Source: Lophium mytilinum (lineage: Eukaryota). Taken from it: DNA of 64,000 nt. Each line of letters opens with the position of its first letter. Position 1 is the stretch's first letter. The notes below the pieces were generated by a model. That model had not been told where the DNA came from. It did not search any database and saw only the letters and a program-made list of their open reading frames with translations. Of this stretch, positions 24,943 through 38,756 are shown piece by piece. The translations under genes and the position numbers were made by a program. The stretch spans positions 434,001-498,000 of the forward strand of contig MU004181.1 of the NCBI GenBank assembly GCA_010093605.1. The letters run 5' to 3'.

Positions 24943-25426
24943 TGACGGCAAAGTCATAACACTGTCGGAGATCCCACCCCACCGAACATGTTGAATGGGA
25001 TGGGATTGAGGCGGACAAAGAAACAAGAGACGAGATGTGTTCGAGCCGTAGTAATTGTGATTGAGAAGAGTGCTGACACCGGGTTTCATCGTGCGGCGGC
25101 GAGGGTGGTGAAGGTGTTGAGGAGGACGTCAGAAGGTAAAAAGTTCGGAAGGAGGAAGAAGTCCTGCTTACCCAATCTCCGCGTCCCGTGACTTTACGGC
25201 TTCACCACACAATAACAATCACGCTTCACACTGCATACTATTGTTCTAGATATTTTAGTATCTGAATAGCTTCAATAGCTATTGTTCATTTCCATAGCCA
25301 TGATAAAACCTCCAGATTTTGGGCCGCTCTGCACTCCACAACCTCCACAGCCCTCAAACCTCTACACCAGGAAGCACAAATCAAAAGCTGCTCAAACAAC
25401 CATACACATCTATAGCCGCAATCAAT

Positions 25427-25769
25427 ATGCGCTTCAATATGCAGACCGTCGTCGCGGTGGAAGAGAAGTTGGCCGATCTGAAGGCCAAGATCACGCGCCT
25501 TCGGGCAAAGGTATGAATCACTCCCCTATTCAATTTACTTTGACCGCATTGCTAATGCTTCGAAGGTCTCCTGGTACGCGCGGGCCGCGACCGAGATCGT
25601 GAAGGAGAAGAAGAAGATCTTGACGGGGGAGGGGGCTTACGATTGGGACTGGGAGGCGCCGCTAGGGGGAATTTTGAGGGGCATTGAGGGGACAATCGAG
25701 GTCCACGTAAGGGGAGTTAAGGTAGAGGAGTTTTCCTTCTTCGAGAAGGAGGGGCAGGCTTTCTTGTAG
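25427..25769 (+). CDS. Small orphan protein with coiled-coil-like N-terminus, 2 exons (25427-25510, 25566-25769); frame continues past the TAG to a TGA at 25874
   Basis: GTATGA..GCTAAT..AAG phase-0 intron; C/A-rich leader; MRFNMQTVVAVEEKLADLKAKITRLRAK-VSWYARAATEIV... Confidence 0.7.
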
Positions 25770-25979
25770 TTTGGGAGGGGAGTAGGGGGGCTTTGGAGAC
25801 GCTTTCGGGCCTTTTGGAGAAAGAAGACGGCGGACTTTGGACCGGAAGAACGCCTATTGACAGCGCAAGAGTGACTGAAATCAAGCCTATTCGCTCGCAC
25901 TTTGAACCATCGCGTGAAGCGCGGTTATGAAAGTGTGAGGATTGAAATCTCATTGTGCCGCATACAGTTTTGCTTCTTG

Positions 25980-26270
25980 CTTGGTACCGTTTGAGGTGTC
26001 CCAACAGGCTAATTTGAAAATGGTAGCATGTTAGGTTCTGGAGCATTGAGATCAGCATACAAGTAATTCGTTCGTCTTCTAGATGCATAGCACTGTAAGG
26101 AGTGGACTGCTGTAGGAAACACCGTTGCAGTGGTTGATCTGTTCTAAAGCATGGAGATGAGCACACACAATCCAACTTGTTTTCCGGTTGCGTAGCACTG
26201 TAGGGAGTGGACTGACGTAGAAACAATTGTTGCAGTGGATGTCTTGTTCCAGAGGACGGAGATTAGCGAT
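25980..26270 (+). repeat. Degenerate tandem array, ~105-bp period, 2-3 units
   Basis: TACCGTTTGAGGTGTC (25985), CACTGTAAGGAGTGGAC (26091), CACTGTAGGGAGTGGAC (26196); GTTGCAGTGG also repeats. Confidence 0.75.
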
Positions 26271-26754
26271 GGCCTTTCAAGAGCCTATTGTCGCGGGGGT
26301 GATACTGCACAGAGTAGCTCAACACATTCATCCACAGCCTGAGAGAACGAGGTCAGCGAATGACCGCGAATCAGAGCTGAGGTCTCACCGTTGGCGTACA
26401 TGCTAGATGATACCGCTTGAAGTGGTCTACGGGTGCAAGACAGACCCGAGGCGTATACAATTGGCGGTGAGGTGTAGGTCATAGACCTGGAATCTCCTAA
26501 TGTTTGGTATACGATAGTCCTGTCTGAGTTGGCCTGGGGGGTCCAGTAAAAAAGTAGCAAAGTAATTGGCGCATACCTTTCCCGCAGGCTCGAAATCAGC
26601 CTATCGCTGATTCATTTTTTTCGCCCTTCAAAACCTATATAGGAGCTTCTCAACTCGGTATCAACACGGCCAAAAACCACTACACCGGGCTCCGAACCCC
26701 AACCATCCAAAGTAATCACCGAAGGAACTATCACCTAGGGCTTTCCCTTATGCA

Positions 26755-27361
26755 TCAGAATGGAGGTTGACGGGCGCTGAATCGGAGGAGTCGGTGGCCG
26801 CAGCTCGCAATCGGAGGATGAGGGAAGGGAGGACAGCGAGGTGTGATGTAGGCAGCACCATCTTGACATCGCGGTGAACATCCCCTTGAATCGGCCAGGG
26901 AAGCCAGGAAGCCGCACGACACCTGCCAGCGGGTTAGTAAAGGTGATCAGATCTGGGGTGCCCGGCAAGGAAGCTCTCACATCTCCAGCGCTCTCAAAAC
27001 CACCTTTGCCGCAGCACAACTCCGGCGTATTGCCCTCGGCATCGCGCTCCTCACCCTTTCCAAAGACCAGGGGAACCATAGACTCGCGCGACACCTGCCA
27101 GAGCGTCAGTCAGAGGGAGCGAATACCAAGACTCCCGCGAAGGATGTCTGACTCACGACAACAATCACAGCCCCCGAAGGATCGCATCCCGCACTTTTCG
27201 AACGAACCACAAAAAGATTGCGAGGAGGACTTCGATGCCCCGGCGTTGAGAAGATAGGCGAGGATGACGGCGGAGATTATGAGACACTGGAGTCGGAAGA
27301 GGTCCACACCGACGAAGCCTTCGCGCAATTCCTGGGCCTCAGCAGAGCGTGTGTAGTTCAT
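26755..27361 (-). CDS. Possible multi-exon hypothetical gene or pseudogene; frame unresolved
   Basis: ATG at 27361 after a C/A-rich leader; two canonical-looking introns (GTGAGT..CTGAC..CAG and GTGAGA..ACTAAC..CAG) with a duplicated CTGGCAG|GTGTCG junction. Confidence 0.3.
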
Positions 27362-28378
27362 TGTGAGTAGATTGGAGCTTCTTCAGCAAGGTTTTGGTTG
27401 GATGTGAAGAGTGTTGAGTTGTGTCTGCGGATGGTGGAGCTGGGGAAAGTGAGCTGGGCGGGCGGGCTGATTTAGGGGCAGGCAGGATTGCGGGCTAGCG
27501 GGAATGACTCCATCACAAAATCACGGCAATCATTACATCACGCAGCACATTTCGAAAGGTAAAGCGAGAAAGAGTTGGAATTTCTTCTTCAAGTCCCCGC
27601 ACATGGCGAGCAGCTCGATGAAAAAAAGAGGTGGGTTCCAAAGATTTTTGTGCCGTTTCCCCGAAGAGAGCAGGGCCTTGCCTCCGAAGAGAGCAGAACT
27701 TGATGTGCGAGCAAGCACACACAAATGCCAGAAGTTCCGAAAGAAGCACCTGTTATCAGCAAACCAGGAAGGGGGAGATGGGCAGGGATGAAGAGAGCCA
27801 AAACCACATACCTAGGCCTACCTCGCATAGGATGGAAGATCGAAGATCGAAGTCAAAGTCGAAGACGAAGTCGAATCGAAGCGGAGCCAAGCGTTTCGCT
27901 CTGCATGTTCGACATCTCGCCCAGGCTCCGACCCCAGACTCAAGAACCACGTCAAAAGCATGCTGACGAGGCTGATGCGAACAGGCCTCCTCTGAGGCGA
28001 TGGATTGAAGCGAGTCTCCCCAGGCTAGTCAATGGATCCCGTTCGACTCGGCCAGCCGACAACAGCGCAGGATCTAATGACGCAGGAGAGCTGGAAGCGG
28101 TGGCAACAGTGCAGTGACGCTTCCGCGAGGCGTGTCTATCGCAGCGGCTTTGGGCGTGTGGAATCGCAGGTCTGGCCATCTCAGGACTCTGTGATGCTCC
28201 GATCCCAGCCCTTTGAGGTCGTCCGGGGGTTTGATGGATGGGTCGAGGCTTGCAGGAGGGATGGGACTCGCGAAAGATGATCAGTATCGATGTCGGAAAG
28301 AGGTCTTCGACGAGATAGGAGAGGAGTGTGCAAATGGGAGTGCAAGGAGGAGATTGCAACGAGGGCGGGCTCCGGTAT

Positions 28379-28435
28379 ATGTACCCCTTCGATCACGGTT
28401 GAGGTCATGTACCCCCTCGATCATGGTTGAGGTCC
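28379..28435. repeat. 28-bp tandem duplication
   Basis: ATGTACCCC(T/C)TCGATCA(C/T)GGTTGAGGTC occurs twice. Confidence 0.8.
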
Positions 28436-29177
28436 CAACGCCCGATGAAACATCGTCCCGTGTCGTTGCGATACTCATGGGGAAGCAGCCACTGCCCGAT
28501 GCACCAGATCACGCACGCATCGTCAGTCATGGCGAGCATCGCTGGCCTTCATTTTTGGCGACATGAACCAAGAAGAGGCAGAGAGAGTACAGATCTAGAT
28601 CATCATGGAGTCTCGAATTAATCCTGATGTGATCTGGATGTATGTATCCGTCTTGGTCCCCTCGTGTAGAAGCGTTGGTGGGCACTTCGCGCTCGCGATG
28701 CTTGCGGCTTCCGGGGAATCTTCATCTTTCGTCATGAGAACCATCAACGCAATAGCAGCGGTACTTGGATGGCTGTCTTGAGATAATCCATCAGAGTATC
28801 CCACACTTTGTCGCTGATGTCCATGATTTATATGGGAAAGAGTTCCCCGTGAATGCGCTGATCTTGCACCGGCTGGGAGAGTTCGAGGTGAGAAACGGGA
28901 AATTTCCAGGCACAAACACCCTGAATTAGCTGCGTATTGGACCTCTTTCTACAAAGTCTTTGCCTTTGTCCTCCGCCCAAATGGTAAAACTAATGCGGCG
29001 GGTTTCAATCTGGCCATCTTAATCGTGACATCCAGAATCCAGGGGAATTCTGAACGAAACTTCTTCGCGGCACGAGACCAGTGCAACGAAGGCACACCAT
29101 AGGCAATGCGATCTCGATTCTTTCTCAAGCCGAGCGCACAACATCCCTCCACACTGGTGATCAAAACGGAGGGTCGA

Positions 29178-30046
29178 ACATCCTCCTCCCCACCCACCCC
29201 CTACCCCTATCCCCCCTCCCCAAAGCCCCACTGCGCGTCGAGGGAGCGTCGAAGCATAAAGACTCAACAAAACACGCCGAGCCCCCAATGTTGAGGCACG
29301 AGGGTGGTGAACCCCGCCCTGCCCCTTCCCCAAGGAGTGCTCACCTGCCCATAGAGTCACCCCCGCCGCCCCATCTTGCGTCATGCTGCAGCATTAGTAC
29401 CCTCAACGCCTTTTTGTTGAGTCTTTATGCTTCGACGCTCCCTCGACGCGCACCCTCATCAATGGAGTGGCTGATGGGATGATACGAGCTGCAATAGTGG
29501 TGTCATGCGAGGGGTTTCGGGCATTCATCGATTTGCAAGCGGCGGATGATCAGAACTTGACTTCTGTCACCTCCCTGTGACACCTTCACCAATGCATCTT
29601 ATGAGCTCTCTAATAGGTGTCCACTGCGTGGGTCGAACTATAAAGACTCAACAAAACAGCGTTGAGGGGCCCAATGCTGCAGCATGACGTGGGCAGGCAG
29701 GCGATGGGGTCACCCGCGGGGCAATCCCCCCCAAAAGCGGGAGGAACCCTCACCCAACTGACCCCACCGAGCCCGGGGGGACGGTTTGTTGAGTCTTTAT
29801 ACTTCGACATCTGCACCAGGGGATAGCATTGATTGGCCCCGTGCTTGTGGGGGTACCTCAACGGAGGGTTTTGTTGAGTCTTTATACTCCGACATCTGAA
29901 CCAGGCGTTGGCATTGATTGGCCCCGTCCTTGTGGGGGTACCTCAACGGAGGGTTTTGTTGAGTCTCTGTGCTTCGTTGCTCGCGGCGCGCTGCTCGCGG
30001 TGTGTGAGAGGGATAGGGGCAAGATGGGTGGGAATCGTGAGGATGT
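29178..30046. mobile_element. Non-coding fold-back element with ~95-bp imperfect terminal inverted repeats and nested internal repeats
   Basis: ATAAAGACTCAACAAA-like motif occurs six times (+29256, -29412, +29640, -29785, -29869, -29954); perfect 41-bp IR at 29232-29272 / 29412-29452; 85-bp tandem units at 29785-29970. No transposase and no clear TSD. Confidence 0.65.
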
Positions 30047-33000
30047 GTTTGCAACACAGAGGTATTTCCGCTAGGCAGTGCCTGGCTTTGCTTCACGGTG
30101 ATATGGAAATGCTGCGTGTCTGCAAATGCGTAGTCTTGTATTCATCCGGCGGGTTGCTGTGGTAAGGGGGCGTGGCACCGTTCACCAGCCGCCAGGCATT
30201 GACGGAACGAAAGGAACATGCGGGTGAATTCGAAGGCTCTAGATATTTGAGGAATGCATCAAGTTCATTGCATCTGCTTTTTAAACTTAGGACCCTACTA
30301 GCATGATGACCCTCTTCGCGGGAGTGCGAAGGCAGATGGGTGCGTGGAAACCGCTAGAATATACCGACCACGCAATAGACCATCTTCATTGGCGATGCAT
30401 TACTCCAACCAGCGACGGACTAGATATCAGGTAGCGTCTTAAATGAAGCCAAAGATTTGGTGAAGCTGAAGGGCCGAACTCTGCGTTGTTCAGATCGCAA
30501 CGCAAATTGTAACGATGGCAGGCTACTTAGCATCACGAAAAGAAATATAGCGGGAGGACAACGATGGCAAGATTTGCGTCTGATGTTAGAATTTCTAGCT
30601 ACGTAGAATAGCCATTTGCATCTACTCAAAGCAATCAATTCTGTGACCAATTCTGTGAACTCGTGATGACTTAAAAGTTGAGGGTAATGCCAACTGTGTT
30701 GCTTTTTCGGAGGCAATGGGAATTCCAAGGACGGCAAGCCCGCTTCCAAACGACACACAAGCTAACGAGGATCCCCGTTCTGCTTTTCGGATGACGATGG
30801 TCGCTTTTAGTTACGAGTGGAGAGCTGGGTCATTTTGGGAGTTCCTGGCGCCTTGGAGGAACGTAAACAAGGCGAAAAAAAGGAATAGAAAGACCACGGA
30901 GATTTTGGAACGGCCCCTGACTCGCTGGGAATCAATCCATGTTGAAACAGTCGTCCACCCCTCCCTCTGCGTGATTCTGCATCGTCTCGAGCCTTCATAT
31001 CAATTGGTGCCATTCCCGCCCCTTCTTCCTGACCCTGTCAGTTTTTCCCTTGCGGGAATCCGCATTAGGAAGACCATCGCACTCGAATGCTGTTGATTGG
31101 CTCGTGCGCATCTCCCCAAAATCCCAGCTCTTCCTCTTCTCACAGCCATTCCCATCATCTCCTCGCCAATACCTCCCCTACGGTCCCTCCTATGATTTGA
31201 CGACGACGTCCGCATCCCCCTCGCCGCCGGCGTCTCGATCTGGTAGAGCATCGAGCGAAATATATTCGTGATTGGTCGTCGTGCAGCGACGGCGCCGGTA
31301 CACGCTTTGCCCGATCGGGAAATTTCCAACGTCGAGTCGTCGAACCGCCGAGCGATGACCCCCTCTAGCACCACCACAACACCCAGGCGAGGTCCAATAC
31401 TGCTTGAGGGGGGAGATTAAAGGTTTGCAATACACATCTTGGTGCGTGATGAGCTCCATTACGAGGCGTTGATGTGTATGATCGTGTCGGGGGTGGTTTC
31501 GGCAATTCGGCGGGGGGGCTCGAATCGACGACGACGGCGCCTCTAGGGCTTCATACGTGCTGATAGGGTCATCAGGAAGGTCGAAAGATACCCTGGAATG
31601 TCTGCGTAAGTTCTGAAACCATTTGGTGAACGGAAGTTTTCGACTCAGGGGGGATGGCCTGGGGCAGATGTCTTGGCGCGGCGACCCAGCGGCCTCGGGG
31701 GTTTGATTGCCGCCCTTCATCCACCCACAAGACCAAAATGCCTGCAGAGAGCGTCAGCAAGGCTCTCCAAGCCAGATCGATGGTGTCCGGCAGGTCTCCA
31801 TCCACCAGAAACGAACCTAGTCATACCACCTCACCCTTTCACGGTTCTAGACGGCCTCGACTCCCGCCGATGCCGCCCTCGAACTCGAAATACAACTGAT
31901 GTAGGGAGAAGGGTCGGCCCGAAGGCGAGGAAATACAGGAGTGCCGTCGTCGGTGGTAGGGTCTGGAATCGACAGCCCGTCCTGTCCTGCGGTCAACGAT
32001 GCTGCTCGGTCCGAGAAATCCACCACGGCCGCCGCCCAATCTCGACTAGATATGGAAACAATATCCTCGTGCCGATCGACGTGAACATTCGGTACGGTTC
32101 GTCGCTCTCGATCGTGCTGACCACTGGGATGACGAGGCCAGAGTTGCCGCAGCTAGAGGTAGGCAATCCGTCCTGCAGCCAAAGTCAGTGGAGGTCCCAG
32201 TTTTAGGATGCTACCATAGAGAGGGTTGCCATTGGTACGATAGGATTGAGGTCCATTCCATCTTCGGCGAACACGAGGCCGACCAACAACCCTGGCTCCC
32301 TCTTGCTGTCTGCTCCCCGACACGACGCGTCGTGCCGATGGCAATTAGGTACAGGCTATTTCGAGCACGTCATGCCGCAGACAATGGACGATTGTCTCCC
32401 AGCGGCGGGTAATGTACAACCACGGCACGTCTGGGAGGAAACGTTATCTCTGATAGCGGCAGTATGTTTCGCTGTCCGTCGAATGAATTATCGGATGACA
32501 TCGTCGATGATGTAGTCATAGGTGTGAATGTCGTCAGTATTCGTCTTGTCTACGAATGGCCTCTGGGCCCTCATACTTACCGAGAGATGATCCCCCTTCG
32601 TGGAATTGCCCCTATCAAGACGAGAGAGATTCTTGGAGCTTCAGCGCGCATTGAAAATGAGCAATGATAACGTCGAAGGAGTCTCAGTACTATGAATGGG
32701 TATCGATGACCTATGTCACTGCTAACCTGAAGTAGTCAGTTCAGCCAAGGAAGAATAATACCCGGGTCGGCTATCGAAGAAACGGATATCTAGGTTGATA
32801 CCCCGAGCAGGAAGAAAAGCAAGCCATCGAGACCCCGCCAGTACCGCTCCTCGTATTGTAGCCGATGAGGTGCGGGGTCTTCTCGTAGCTTGATAACCGT
32901 GGCCTCGTGGGTATGGTACATATTGAAAAGGACGAGGGGTGCTGGTCGATGAGACTCGTCGTTGTCGAAGAAACAAATGGATGGACCCATGCCACAGAAT

Positions 33001-36000
33001 CACAAACCATGTTCTTGGAGTAAAGTCAGGATGAACCTAGTCTCCATCGCCTTCTGAAATCCTCAGTTGTGTTCTCGGTATAGGTCTGTGGATGTTCTTG
33101 CTAATCAAGTGGAACATGCTCCCAGGCCTTGTTTTCTATCGATCGATCTGATCCGGGCTCTGAGTGATGTTCTTTCTTGACTAGTCAGCAAGACTGGAAT
33201 TGGTACGTACAACGATGGGCCGGAAAAGATACCAGCTCCGCTGGGACTTTCCATGGCGCGAGATGCGCAGGGTCTGGGCCATTATGCTTTCCACTTCCGG
33301 TCGAAGCTGCTATTCTTCCAGACGCCTAGTTCTTGTCTCTTTAGACTGAACGGTGTTTCACCGGATCCGTCACCTGTAGTTATCTCATCTTGATGGCGAC
33401 GATACTCGCATATCATGATGACGCCGAATGGGAGATCGAAGCGGAGTTCCGTAAACTCGCTGCTCGCTAGCAGATGGAAACAAGATTTGTACCCGAAGAT
33501 GATTTTTAGGTTGATTGTCTCGTCTGAAACCTCCATGGAGGCTACCATGGTCTTGCTGCGCCCTTGTGAGGTTGGTTTGTATTTTCCAAGTATGGAGCAG
33601 GGGCTCTTGCCGTGGTTGGGGGTTTCATTCTTTTGACCGCTGCCTAGGAGACAAAGTTCGATCTCGTTCAAGGCATCCTTCCCACCACAGCTCGGGCTGG
33701 CGAAGGTCACGTCTGCTCGAAGGCTTATCTTGGTCGGGACATCGGGTGGGCGTGTAGAGGGGATGGGGTGAGAGGCCTGGCTTTCGAACAAGTCAGTCAA
33801 TGGGTTCACCAAAAACTGATGGCAATACCTGAAATCTTTCGCGAACAATACTCGATCACGACGGCTCCCAGGTCCCAGGAGACATACCTTCAAACGGCAG
33901 TATCGTCGTCACTCGAACATGAAGAAGAGGTAAGGGACCAGCTTCAGGCATGTTCATGCCAGCTCTCTGACAGTATTTTAGGCCTTTTTTGTTCTTTTAG
34001 ATATGTGCCAGTCCAACAGGTTGCTGCACTCCTGCAGACTATGTCTTGACGTGCGGATAGATAGCCCACGCTGTGGGGAACGATGGACGAGTCCTGGTGT
34101 CAAAGAATCTGCCGGTCGATGTGGAGGGGTGAGAGGGTTTGAGTAGGGACAACAACTGTGCGAACGAGGTGTATGAGGTCTAGGAGAAGTCTTGCTAGTC
34201 AGCCACGGTTCTGTTGCACGCTGGAACGAAACCTGGATTTCCGGACAGCCCTGGGTTGCGGCTTGCCCTGTGCCGGGGAGGACCGGCAAGATGATGAGCT
34301 AGAGAGCATTCCATACCTAGTTGGCCATCCGCGCTTGGGGTGTGTCAAAATGTAGCGCGATACAATATAAGAGGGATGAGGATTGTCGTGGCTATCTTCT
34401 GGAGTCGGTGGTGTGTCGTTCCCTTCAGAGAATCGATGTGGTTATCTCCGCGGAGGCCAGGTCGAAGGGCGGTAGGAGTATGGAGACGGCGAGTGACTGC
34501 AGCAGGTGAGAGTCAGTGATGATCGTGTAAGCTTTGCGCGACGGGTTGGGGCTTCGAGGGGGGAATGTGGTTTGCGTCGCCGCCATCGTAGCTTGCCTCC
34601 CCAGAAGCTTGCCACATACTCCTGAGCGCAGCGATGATTGTCGCGATATCCGAAAGACTGCACGGTATCTTGAGCGTATCATTGTCGGGGAGTGGGATCG
34701 TGAGTGAAGGAGAGGAGCGGACGCGGGGGAGTGCGGTCCGCGAGAGGCGGTTGGGGACAGGCGGCCGGGAGGCTTGGGAACGTTCGTTTGATTAGGTATA
34801 GGCACCACAGGAAGATAATGCGATACGCATGAGCTCGCGACGAGGTTTTGAGGATGCGAAAGGAGGTTCTTTGCGCGGGACAGCTTGGAGATTGAAACGG
34901 AGGGTTCATGAGGCGGATGGGCGGCGGGGGACGGCCACGACGAGAGGAATTGGGAAGGCGCAGAATGGCGGCGCTGCGAAAGAAAGATGCGCATCACTGT
35001 CTGCCTAGATATTGTGCGGAAAGAGATGGGCGATGCGGGACGACGTGGATGTGAACGAGGCAGAGGTTTGCGAAGGGGAGAAACGCGAAAGGGCGATTAT
35101 GACGGGCGGCATAAGGAGAGCGTAGAACGGCAGCATCACGACGCCGAAAACGGACAAAGAAGAGATGTAGACATATGCACTATGATGGCCGCTCTTCCGT
35201 CTTGATATGCCCGCCTCACGTTTCGGAGTCTTATGCGTGCGCGTCGTCCTAGGGGCTGGAGACAGAGGGCCTGAAGTGGTATCAACGCGCGCACCGCCGA
35301 TATCACAATCTTCCAGAGGCCTAGATTGGGCCCACAGGGTACAATACATGTCTTCTTAGTTCTATACGGAGTTCTGTCGCCATGGTGTTGAACAGCGCGA
35401 CGCGAAGTTACTCCATGGCGAGGCGGCGGGCTGTCCCGACTGGATTGCCAATGCGAGCAGCAACAACACGTCACTATATGTTGCGCTAGAGATACCACGG
35501 AAGGCGAAAAGAAGACATCGCCATAAGGAAAAATTCTAACCATCGTGACTTTTACACCGGCTCAGTTCGGTACGACCCTTGCCGCCATTGAACTTCACAG
35601 CGGGTCTCTGGGACGCAACCGTGGCCGCCTATCACCACAACGACGTGACTTCCGCCCTCTCATGCTCGCTCTAGATAGCTCCGATGAGAGAGAGAGAGAG
35701 CGACTCTTCTGATCTCGGTAAAAGCGGCGTCCCAGCTGCCATACCAAGCAAAATTTGCATTCGCCACACCACGGGCAGAGTCGCGCTTTCAGTGTCGCGA
35801 TAGAAAAGGTGCATCATCACAACCCGATAGCTGGTCACGACGAACCCCAAGATCACAAACGTGATTGCTTCTTCTTCGAGTACCCAGACAAGCTGAATAG
35901 TTCAATGAAAAAGGTGGTGAACAAAGATGTTCGCGTCGGCCCGAGGCAGTGCAATACGAGCGACACTGTGTCCCTTGACATAGGCAAGCCCAGCGGCCAA

Positions 36001-37116
36001 GGGACGGTTTCCAAAGACTGGGACAAAAGCTGGACTTCCGAAGAAGCCTGCCAAGCCCGTAGGCAAGGCAAACGGAGGCCAAAGGACCAACCGCGAAGAA
36101 GCGAAGGCAACGGCACGGCAGAAGGAACTAAGACACGTCAGCGATGAGGAAAGAAGGAAGGAGGGTGGGGGGCCGGCCTTATATAGCTGGCCGCAAGCGA
36201 ATTTTCGGCCCGGATCAACACGTCGGGTGGCCGCTTGGCAACAGCGGCAGGCCGTTCTGTCTCTCTGGTAGTAGAGCGCTGCCGTAGTAGCCGGCTGCGT
36301 TAGATTGCCGAAGGGACGGTGTGGCAGTTTTGGGCAGCCGTAGGGCGGCCTGCTTGACCGCGAGAGAATTGGATCTCCGGGCATATACGCACAATCACAG
36401 ATTTGGACACAAGGAGAGCTCACTTGGAGCAGTCTGATAACTCCATAAGCTACTTCGAGCACTAATAGAGGGAAGCGAATCGGAGGCAGCATTCGTCGAA
36501 TGTCCATACATCGGAACGCAGTGAGAAAAGCAGCTGTTAAAATAAGAAAGCAGGAAACCGTGGTTCGCAAGTCAGTCCTACCACGGCTGAGTTCTCGAGG
36601 GGGCGCAGTAGCTTGATCCATGCGCCTTGGTGTTTACATCTGATTGGGGTAGGGGCAAGCGGGCACGCGCCCCCCCATCTGTCTCTTCCTCGCCTTCTTC
36701 CTTTCTCTCTTATTCACCAATCTCTTTCATCCTCACTCCTCTACATCTTCCACTTTAACGGCGCTGGAACTGTTCTATCTCACTCACAGTAGCACCCTGC
36801 CTTGCCTCTTCGGTCTTGTGACGGTATTACTTCTTTCTACCTTCCTTTGCTACTTGTCCGTCGTTCAGCGACCGGATAACCTGCAGCAGCCCGGAGCTGT
36901 AGGTAAGTTTCTGCCTCTCTACAAGAGACACACGACTGATAGTAAGGCCGATAGTTGCACTACCTCCTCTCTCGCTACTCTTTCGCCCAGCTTTCGTCTT
37001 CTACTCTGCCCAGCAACACGCAACCCAGGCTGTTTCTCGCAGCCCAGACCCGACCGGGCATCAGCAGCCATCATGGCATTGGCATTGACCTTCATCACCT
37101 TCGCACTCCCTGCCTC

Positions 37117-37171
37117 ACTCGACTCACCACTCGACTCACCACTCGACTCACCACTCAACTCACCACTCAAC
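37117..37171. repeat. 12-bp minisatellite
   Basis: ACTC(G/A)ACTCACC repeated about 4.5 times. Confidence 0.9.
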
Positions 37172-37409
37172 TTACACCGTCATTGGAAGAAGACAAGCAG
37201 TCCAAGCGTTGTCCTGCCTTGCCGTTCTGGGTGACTAGTTATAAGTCCAATTCAAATTCAATGAACAAGACGGACAAGATAGAGACTGACTGTATTCACT
37301 CTAGCTATAGCCTCAACGTTTTCACTTCTACCTCCTTACCTTAAGTTCCTCCGTACCCTTGCGGCTCACTGTGCGAGCGACAATATCCCTTTTATTCCGT
37401 ATCGAAAGC

Positions 37410-37690
37410 CAACCGGTGAACGAAAGGTCGAACTATAATCGGCAAGCCCACCCCGTCGACCATAGCACCTAGAGACACATCCATTGCTCCGGGCCCGAGT
37501 CCAACAATGTCCGATGCTGTCAGGACTACGTACCTTTTGTCAAGATTGATAAGCTAGCCGGAGAACGAAAGGTTGAGCTTCAATCGAAAGCTCCCCCCTC
37601 ATCGACCACAGCACCTAGATACCATTGTTTTTGGAAGACCTCTCTTCCACCGACTCGAAGAGCAACCACGGATATGCTATCATATCTGCC
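37410..37690 (+). repeat. ~145-bp tandem unit (2 copies), parts of which recur at 38985, 39186 and 39915
   Basis: GAACGAAAGGT at 37418 and 37563; TCGACCA(T/C)AGCACCTAGA at 37456, 37602, 38987 and 39191; CGACTCGAAGAGCAACCACGGA at 37651 and 39924. Confidence 0.85.
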
Positions 37691-38212
37691 GCTCATGGGT
37701 AGGAACGGTAGGTGGTTCCCCAGGTCGAAGTCTCGAAACCTGTGCTAATGTCAGCTGCAGAAGCCTGGGTTCGCCAGCGCAAATGGGCCCACTCGTTCTT
37801 GATGCAGGCTGCTGCCACCCAATACAAGGGAATCATGGACTTCGAATACAAGCACCTGCTTTTCATCCTCCTTAGCGACCCCGACAATTTCAGCTTCCAC
37901 ATCGAGAACGCGAATTCGAAGGTTATGTGCACGACGCTGATGTCGCACGAATCATCGACCCGAAGACACGAGAATTCCTCAGGGAGTACCGCCCATACAG
38001 CCTGGTCCACTCGGCCTCTTCAGGAAAATGCCACACCGCCACCAGCACCCTCGAGCTGGTCGAACACGCTCGCCTACGATGATCCCAGTCCCAGCTCTGA
38101 GATGCGGTTTAGTGCATGGCGCTTACGTCGCCAGATGTCGCCGAATGGCCCAGTTTCTTGAGACCGCTCTGGCGCTTGCCTCTCCTCCTCAATCCGTGGA
38201 AGCGAAGCGAAG
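37690..38212 (+). pseudogene. Cytochrome P450 fragment (middle part), with intron and a ~130-bp insertion
   Basis: PLMGRN-[intron]-EAWVRQRKWAHSFLM...LLSDPDNFSFHIEN..SKVMCT-[insert]-LAYDDP...SAW.L.RQMSPNGP...PLWRLP..LNPWKRSE; resembles fungal CYP C- to F-helix region. Confidence 0.7.
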
Positions 38213-38756
38213 TTCTCTGTCGGGTGGGAGGAGATGGCTGCGACCGCGTGCGACGGGGCAAAATCTAGGTGAGATGCGTGGGGTCTGGTCAGATACGGTC
38301 TGTAGCTTTTGTCTTCTGTATTTTCAAATCAAAACCCTTTCCCCCTTCTAGCCCTCGGGCCCCTGCAGTGTCTCCGCCTGCCGCTTCAAACATCGTCAAT
38401 CCGAATTTGCTGCCGCCATTCTCAGAGCTCTGCTTCTTCATCACTCCTCCAACGTCCCATTGCCATTCCGCCGCCCGTCGTCGTTGTCGTCGTCATTCGC
38501 CTGCCGTCCGCCGCCAGCCGTCCGCGTCACAGATTCCCTCGCCGTTATAGGACACCGTCGCGGAACCAAGCCGAACTTTCGCGCCCAGTATACTGCTCTT
38601 CACCGTCAGACCCCTTCCGTCTCACCTCCAGGTCCCAGGAAATACCTCACTTTCAAAGAACCGACTCCTGCCGGGCGGGAGCCCGCATTCCACATCTTCA
38701 CCACGTCCTCTCTTCATCTGTAACTCACGACTCGTCTCAAAACCCCGCCCAGCATA

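Noticed and set aside
30400..36700. Several 100-240 codon ORFs (e.g. 33282-33893, 35902-36621)
   Set aside because: No recognisable domain, convincing start or splice structure. They may be decayed genes, but I cannot support a call.
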